Source: Hormiphora californensis (lineage: Eukaryota; Animalia; Ctenophora). From it: a DNA stretch of 64,000 nucleotides. The stretch lies in the NCBI GenBank assembly GCA_020137815.1, contig CM035352.1, forward strand, positions 8,680,001 to 8,744,000, in the 5' to 3' direction. The notes under the pieces were generated by a model. It was not told where the DNA came from, searched no databases, and saw only the letters and a list, made by a program, of their open reading frames with translations. Each line of letters opens with the position of its first letter. The first letter of the stretch is position 1. Position numbers and translations under genes: made by a program. Shown piece by piece: positions 56,326 through 64,000 of the stretch.

Positions 56326-58069
56326 TTCGCGAATCGGTAGAGCGAGTAGAAAAACGTGCACGCGCATAAAGTTTGACGTTTAAGAAATAACTTTACCGCG
56401 CGTTACGTTTATTTTGGACAAATGCATCGATCATTCGCTCGTTCGAAGACTCGAAGATCGTGATCATCACCGCGCCGGCAAGCGCTAAAATCTCAAGGAT
56501 TTTTAGAGAGTTTAATGACAAATTTAACATTCCAACACAAGTGCCAAGTGGAAGTGGAACCATCTTTTTATCGAGTAGTAATCACTCACTCATAAATAAT
56601 CATGACATGATAATTTGCTTGCTCCTCCTTTGCATATGATTGGCTCAAAATTGCAGTGACCGAAAATCTAACTAAGTATTTCTGAGCTTCAAATATGATT
56701 ATTCGTTATTTATATCATGGCATTGTCAATTTGAAATGGCTTTTACCTTTGAGGAATTGAAGAAACAGATACTGGTATTTGGACTAATGGCAAAATTTCC
56801 CTCCTCACATACACAGGCAAATCTGTTAGCGCCGTTAGCGCCATCATTTTGCCCAAAATCTGGTCATTACAGCTAGAGATAGTTATATGAGACAATTTGT
56901 TGCTGCTTCTCCTGTTGGCAAGTACGGCGTGGTACGTACAAAGCCGCCATTTGGTGTTTCTTTTCTTAGGAAACAGAGGAATTTAATGTGTCTTGATGGA
57001 TTGCGAACCATCTAAAACTATGTTACTTGGAAATTGGACTCCGTTTAACTTGCAAGTTCCATAATTCTGTTCCAAAAGAGCGGAAAGCGGCCGGAAGGTC
57101 GAAGGAAGTGCTGAAGAAAATGAACATGAAAGTCAACAGAAGTTGCACTTATATAGTTGTTTGTTTAATTCCCGCCCTCCTTCCTGATACTGCCCCACGA
57201 GAGAGGTGCAGTGTAGTGTGTGGTTTCTAGTCTTGTTTTTGTTACAAAAGCACACCTCTAGTTTTTATAGCACCCCAGCCTTTGTGTCCACCGTCTCATG
57301 GCCTCCTTTGTACCTGATTTCACACATACTTGATAAAATCCTGTCATGAATTTACAATTTATTGTTGTATTTCAGTCGACTGTGTCTGTAGTGCAGTATT
57401 AGCCGTGTAACAACAACATACTCCGTGTGTCATTTTAATGTACAAGTTTTAAAAGTTTCAGGAAAACCCGGAATGTCTTCATATCCTGGTCCCCACGGTC
57501 CACAGTAAAGCCGAGGGTGTACCTCTAATACTGGTGCATTGTACTAATATTAGAGGTAAGGTGCAGTGCAGTAATGGACCTCATTTTTGATCAAAACAGG
57601 ATCTTGTTGTGCCCATGATATGTGACAACATGCCAGGCTGACATATTCTTTCTCTCCTCCTCTCCTGTGCACACATACACACACAACATGTACAACTACT
57701 TTGCCGCTCTTAGTAGCGCGGTACTCCTTCTCTGATCTTGATATGTCGATCTACCAAGCAGCAGTTTTGATTTTGAGAGAGAGAGCCTGTTGTCTAGGTA
57801 CAGAGTTTATAAGTTGTACTTGGTTGGCGTACACCTTGCCATAAACCTACCACTGCTAATTGCTAGATGCTACAGCAAAAGTGGTCTGTCTGACTCGACC
57901 GCTGTTCGCTCGAACGCTCGAACTAAGAATAGGGTCAGGCCAATGATATGTCAGCTGACAACTTTCGGCAAAAACAAAGGGGTAGTTGAGTTTCATACTT
58001 TGGTATCTAGGAAAGAAAACTAGACAAGGTTAATAGTTCTCATTAGTTCAGGGATATAATAGGATTCAT

Positions 58070-59870
58070 TGTCTGCACAAAAAAAGGGGTTTTTCTAAAA
58101 AATTTTTTTTTTTGGGCTTTCGTGAAAAAGGGGGTTTTGGGGGAAAAAAAAAAAAAAATTTTTTTTTTTTTTTAAAAAAAAAAAACCCCCAGGGGGGGGG
58201 GGGCCCCAAAAAAAAAAAAAACCCCCCCCCCCCCTTTTTTTTTTTCCCGGGGGGCCTTTAAAAACCCCCGTTTTTTTTTTTCCCCCCCCCCCCCTTTTTT
58301 TTAAAAAAATTTAAAAAAAAACCCCTTTTTTTTTTTTTTTTTCCCCCCAAAAAAAAATTTTTAAAAAACCCCCTTTTTTTTTGGGGGGCCCCCCCCCAAA
58401 AAAAACCCCCTCCCCCCCCCCCCAACCCCCCTTTTCCTCTTCTACAGTCTTCTTTTTTTTCCCCTTTCCCCCCCCCCTTTTCTTTACCTCTTCTTTCCCC
58501 CCCCCCTTTTTTTAAAAAAACCTTCCGCCCCCTTTAAACAGCATTATTACAAGAAGGGGTTTTCGGTTGTTAGGGGAAAATTCCGGTAACCGGGCCCCGT
58601 TTGGCGGGAAAAAGGAATTTTAATAGGGCCCGGTTTTTGGGAAGGGAAGGGGGGGGAGAAAAAAAGGGGAAAGGAAAAAAAAAGGGGGTTTTTTAAAAAA
58701 AAAAAAAAAAAAAACCCCGGTGGGGCGGGAATTTTGGGATTTTTTACCCAATTAACCCCAAAAAAATTTTAAAATTTTAAAAGGTGGGGGAAAGGGGGGG
58801 GGAAAAAGGGGGGAAAAAAAGGGAGGGGGAAAAGGGGGAAAAAAAGGGGGGCAAAAAAAAGGGGCCCGGGGAGGCGGAACCAAAAAAAGCCCCCCGGGGG
58901 GGGGGGAAAAAAAACCCAAAAACCCCGTTTTCCTTTCCCCCCTGCATCTTACCCCCTCAGGGATTTATGAGTTGTTTTATTTTTTTCCCTTTTTCTTTTT
59001 TTTGCCCTTTTCCCCCCCCCCTTTTTCCCCTTTTTTTTCCCCCCCCCCCTTTTCCCCAAAATAAATTTTTTTAAAGTAAGAAAAGGACAGGAGAAGGGGG
59101 GCCAAAAATTTTTTTTAATTTTGGGAACCCCCTTTTTTTTCAAATCCGTCAAAGCGATTTTTTTCCCTTTTTTTAAAAAAAAAAAAATTTTTTTTTTTGG
59201 GGGAAAAAAAAGCTTGTTGAGGGTAAAAACCCCAAAATTAACTTTGAGGGTTTTAAAAATTTTTTTAGTTTGGTCTTTTTTCCCCTAATCCCCCATCTTT
59301 CTTTCTTTCTTCGCCCCCCCCTTTTTTTTCCCCTTTTTTGTTTTTTTTTTTTTCCCCCCCCCCCAAAAAAGGGTTTTTTTCCCCGGGGTTTTTATTTTCC
59401 CCCCTTCCCTTTTTTCTTTTCCTCTCTTTTTTTCTTTTTCTTCTCTGTTCCCTGTCTCCCTTTCTTCTTTTTTCTTTTTTCTTTTTTTTTTACTTTTAAA
59501 AACCCCTTAATCACTTTTTTTTTCCTTTTGTATTTATTCCAAGGTTGTCCTACATTTCCCCCCGAATTTTCATTTAATTATTTTTTTAAAGGGGGGGGGC
59601 CCTAGTCTTTTAACGGTTTCTTTTATCCTCTCCTTTTTTTTTCCAAAAAATCCTTTTTTTGCCTTATACTTTTTTTTTGCACTATGGCACCAGCGCTCGG
59701 TTTGTCCGCTGACCAAAACCGTTTCCCCCCCCTTTCGGTTTTTTTTGTTGGGAATTTCAAAGTATTTCTGAATAATTTTCCCCCTTTCCCCTTCAAGGTT
59801 TCCCCCTTTTTTCCCTTTCATCTTCCAAGGCCCTTTCTCTCTCACCCCGCGTTTAGGTAGTTTTTCCTGA
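58070..59870. other. Homopolymer-inflated low-quality assembly segment
   Basis: Runs of all four bases back to back, typical of unpolished noisy long reads. Confidence 0.85.
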
Positions 59871-60199
59871 CAGGACGCCAATCAGCTTTACCCAATCAGC
59901 GGTTTATTTGCTAGCTAGCTGTTATTCAGTCGAGAGGCCCCAAGTTGCCGGACGTTGCAGTTGTTCAAGTCCCAATATCAAATCGGCTTAAGTCAGAGGA
60001 GCTCCTAGTAGTTTCATTTCTTCTGCCAATACATGAACTGCAGCAATACCCTCCGGGCCGTTTATGCTGTACACTGCACACTATGTGCAGCTGTCTGGCG
60101 ATTAGAGTCTTTCTGTCATTAACCGCAACACAGTCGTTAACTAGGCGCCATCTAATTAGCGAGTCTGTCAATTATCGGTCATTACTGTGTTGTAAATGT

Positions 60200-60260
<61 letters not shown>

Positions 60261-60893
60261 AGAGGGGAAGGAAAAATTTGTTGAATGTTGCTGACAACCA
60301 GGATCTCTTCTTCCTTGAGTCGACTGACACTGTGCCTCCTTCCCTAATTCTGGGAGTATTCTCATCTATTGGAGCTGTTTCTGACAGGTAAACGTTCAGT
60401 GATCCGTCTCAGCTCCACTCGCCAGACCATTACGTAATTGCAATACATACATGGTTCACCAATTTGTCAATCTATATTTGCATCGTGTTGTACTGTACCC
60501 ATCTTCCTGCAGATCAGCCAATAGCCATCCTCCTCTGTGGTACGTTCTATTTGCGCTGCTTCATTAGTAATAGAAATTGGAATAGAACAGTAATGGAATA
60601 GTAATAAATTAGTCCCTAACGGAACCTCCTGCTGCTCCACACTAGACTCCTAATTACAGTTCCCCATATATGTCAACTCATTGTTACAGTTAGTCTACTG
60701 GTTCGAGTCTACTGCTGCAGTAATGAATTATCACTCTTTAATTTACCAGTTAATTTTATGAAGGAGCAGTTGTTATAATCAACACATCCTTATCCAGACA
60801 CGCCGTTGTAGCAGGTGTTGGAGGCTGGTATCCGGTCAGACGTCGTAACAGACAGACTAATATGCTGACTCGCCATAGGAATAAAAGTGGAGT

Positions 60894-60969
<76 letters not shown>

Positions 60970-61568
60970 GAGAGAGAGAGAGAGAGAGCGTTATGCATCA
61001 TGTAGCACGCCATATGCCTCACTAACTGCACCTTTATTAGTTCCCTCGCCCTGATGCTGCATCTGTAATATGTGTGGGTGTTTGTGCGAGAGTGGTGCTA
61101 GATACCTCCTAGTAGCAGTGGTAGTGGTAGACTATTCCACTTGTCTGCTGCTAGTGCGGCATCCCAGCAGCTTTGAATTATAACAGACGTCCTGGTTTTC
61201 AGGACTTTTCTACGTCCAATCCAATCTATTAGAGGTCATCATGGTCCTTACTTCATAACCAATATTCAATAAATGAATCTATTAGAGGAGTTAATATATT
61301 AGGAGAGTTGAGATGTCCAGAGAAAGGGAGGAATACGAGCTGCATGGAGTAAAAGGAAGAGACATGTAAAGCAGTAAAGAAAAGTTGTTGCTGGTGGATC
61401 TCAGCTATATTTTAGTGCTTCCCGCTACTCACACTGTACTCCCCTCTGTCATATGTAGTAGTAGTAGTAGTACAGTCTGCTGTCAGTATCTTGTCCGCCA
61501 CCTCCCTCTTCTTGTCAAATCTCTCTTTCTCTATCTCTCTCTCTCTCTCGCTCTCTCTCGCTCTCTCT

Positions 61569-62516
61569 GGAATTTTCGCAGATGACTCCAAACTCCAGAA
61601 AGCCATACGATGTGATCAAGATAGGCAATTACTCCTAGAAGATCTCAAGGAAGTAATAGCATGGGCGGAGGAGAATAGCATGGAACTCAATGATACTAAG
61701 TTTCAACTTCTTCAACATGGAAAGACACATGAGCTCAAGTCCCCCTACATTCTACCATCAGGGATTGAAGTTAGTGGGGATGAAAATGTAAGAGACCTTG
61801 GTGTCATCGTGGATCCCGACCTAACCTGGAAACCCCACATATCAAAGATAGTGACCAAAGCTTCCAACATGGCCAGCTGGGTGTTGCGTGTGTTTAGAAC
61901 CAGGGATAAAGACCACCTTATGACACTTTACAAGACCTATATAAGATCGCATCTAGAGTATTGCTCCCCACTCTGGTCCCCCTACCTGATCGGAGAAATT
62001 CAAAAGCTAGAAGCGATACAAAGGTCGTTTACTGGAAAAATCGAAGGGCTCGAGGATCTGAACTACTGGGATCGTCTGAAGTCCCTTAGAATTTACTCAC
62101 TTCAGAGGAGGCGAGAACGCTACAAGATTTTGTACCTTTGGAAGATGTCCAAAGGCCTGGTACCAAAATCACCCTACATCGTGTTCAAGCACTCACCAAG
62201 GCGGGGATTAGTAGCAACAAGACGCCTTGGAAAGTCCAAGCTAAAAAGCGTCAATACACAGATCTACAACTCCTTTGCATCATCAGCAGTTGGCCTGTGG
62301 AATATTATTCCTTCGACAGTCAAAGACCAATCGACGATCGAGAGAGCGAAATCAGAGCTTGATAAGTTCCTCTCTAAGATCCCTGACCTACCACCGACAC
62401 GAAACTATACAACCCCGAACAATAACAGTTTACTGGATTGGATGGGGCAAGGCGCGGTCTGCAGTCCGTTAGCCTGATGTCGCTACGACCGAAGAATCTC
62501 CAAGGTGACTCCAAGG

Positions 62517-62519
<3 letters not shown>
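61569..62519 (+). mobile_element. 5'-truncated CR1/L2-group LINE (RT C-terminus) in a (CT)n microsatellite
   Basis: IFADDSK RT motif, VRDLGV, RSHLEYCSPLWSP, LEAIQRSFT, SLQRRRERY; open frame to 62477; tail (CTCCAAGGTGA)x2. Confidence 0.92.
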
Positions 62520-62592
<73 letters not shown>

Positions 62593-62699
62593 GCATTGCT
62601 TTGCACTCTTTCGTTTAAAAACTGCTCTCTCTTCAGCCATACCCATATAAGGGATAAACTGTCTCCGTACCTGTGCACCTCCTTGCTCTGTGTTGTACA

Positions 62700-63118
62700 A
62701 TGACCGAATTTCAAGCAAATTTACTGGGACAAGTAAAATCCTCTACAAACTGTAATCTGACAAAATCAGTACTGGACGTGATATACGATCCAACCACTGG
62801 GACTGTCTGTAAAGAGTGGTGGAATAGACCCAATGTGAAAGTGCCTCAACTCTCTAAGACAATTCAAACTATAAACGAGTTTATCAAGTATCGGTTTGTT
62901 GGCAGGGCATTCCTCCAGACTGACAACAAAGATACAAAGAAACAACTTGGAGTGAAGATTACCAACTTCTTCACTATTAAGATCAATGACTGTAGGGCGT
63001 GCTCTCACCCAATTGAGGAACTCTCACTTAACCCGACAGTGTTTGTGTTCTGTGTTGCTTGTGGCGGACCTGCACATTTGAACTGCTACCCACAAATTGA
63101 CTATAGCCGGGGAATTGT
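62700..63118 (+). CDS. PHD-finger-containing ORF, probably ORF1 of a second CR1/L2 LINE; runs into the gap
   Basis: CRAC...CVACGGPAHLNC zinc-ligand pattern; intronless; begins ~110 bp after the (CT)n tract. Confidence 0.6.
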
Positions 63119-63218
63119 NNNNNNNNNNNNNNNNNNNNNNNNNNNNNNNNNNNNNNNNNNNNNNNNNNNNNNNNNNNNNNNNNNNNNNNNNNNNNNNNNN
63201 NNNNNNNNNNNNNNNNNN
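63119..63218. other. Assembly gap
   Basis: Run of N. Confidence 1.
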
Positions 63219-64000
63219 TCTTTCGTCTAGCAACATGCTACATAGTAAACATGTGACTCATGGGGAAGAGGGAGGACTAGTGAGTCCTGCACAGCTGGTG
63301 CCATGTATTATTATGGCGACAATCTGGGCGGAGAGAGGGTGGGAGAGATAAAGATAGGGAAAGAGGAAGAGAGGGAGAGGGAGCCGAGAGGGATGATAGA
63401 TGCGAAAGTGAAATAGAAGAGCGATTTGAGGGGAGCATAAATAGTTTCGATGGCCTCGGTTCCTTGAACCAAATCGATTCGATTATTTAGTTCAGACCCG
63501 TTTCGTAAATTAATTTAGTACTTTGCACTTGCAGCAGCTTTTGTCGCAGCATTGCAGAACAAAATTTGATACCTTTGTTGCAGTTTAGTAGAAATTTTTG
63601 GGATGTTTTTAGGAATAAAATGACCTTAAAGATGTTAAATCTCGATGCGGCATTTAGGAGAAGTGCCGATGAAAAAAGTGATGAGAGGGGTTTTCACATA
63701 TTATGTACACCTCGCATGGGGTTTTTCCCATTAAAAACTTTCCTTTGCATTGTTAGTTAAAATTTAGCCCCTCCCATATATATTTAATCCCCATTTCTCC
63801 CCCCCCCTTCCCCCTTTTCGTCTCTTTTTTAAATCCCCATCCTCTCTTCTCCCCTGCCCATCCTCTCTTCTTCACTCCCCCATGTGTATAATATGCTCAC
63901 TGCTGGTTATAATGCCAAACCATAAAACGTTTGAATCACATGCCCCCTGCGCTCTTTCGATTAAATGTAGGCTTCATTGCTCTCCCCCACTTATAATCAC

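Noticed and set aside
51200-56950. Minus-strand multi-exon gene with an F-box-like start (LTDLPVYVRREIL) and an in-frame TGA near 54452 as possible selenocysteine
   Set aside because: Splice-like sites exist, but I could not build a phase-consistent model and saw no SECIS; needs RNA-seq
58070-59870. Lys/Gly/Phe/Pro-rich ORFs and unusual homopolymer pattern
   Set aside because: Most likely a sequencing or polishing artefact
57000-61400. Plus-strand gene fragments
   Set aside because: Isolated exon-like pieces interrupted by the low-quality segment; no product can be supported

Overview
Eukaryotic, intron-rich, transposon-dense genomic DNA. It is probably a cydippid ctenophore (inference, from a near match to the ctenophore spliced-leader sequence as I recall it). 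Hand-spliced, phase-consistent gene models: a FANK1-like FN3+ankyrin gene (-, 256-7913); an MFS (MFSD6-like) transporter (+, 13376-23972) with an intronless carboxylesterase nested in intron 3 (18964-20625); SMCR8 (-, 25261-38906); an unknown Pro-rich CxxC protein (-, ~39059-42885); and an SVOP-like transporter (+, 43577-48325). Mobile DNA includes many MITE/foldback elements, Helentron-like elements, a Ginger-like element, an ORF1-only LINE derivative and CR1/L2 fragments. Two objects stand out. (1) About 14 near-identical copies of a highly self-complementary 423-bp unit lie in two diverging arms inside an SMCR8 intron, flanked by a 13-14 bp direct repeat. This geometry fits twin-primed, rolling reverse transcription of a circular RNA, yet I found no canonical ribozyme core. 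(2) A 167-bp TSD-flanked, (TAA)n-tailed retroposon carries the antisense of the spliced leader at its 3' end. About 58070-59870 looks like unpolished low-quality sequence, and 63119-63218 is a gap.
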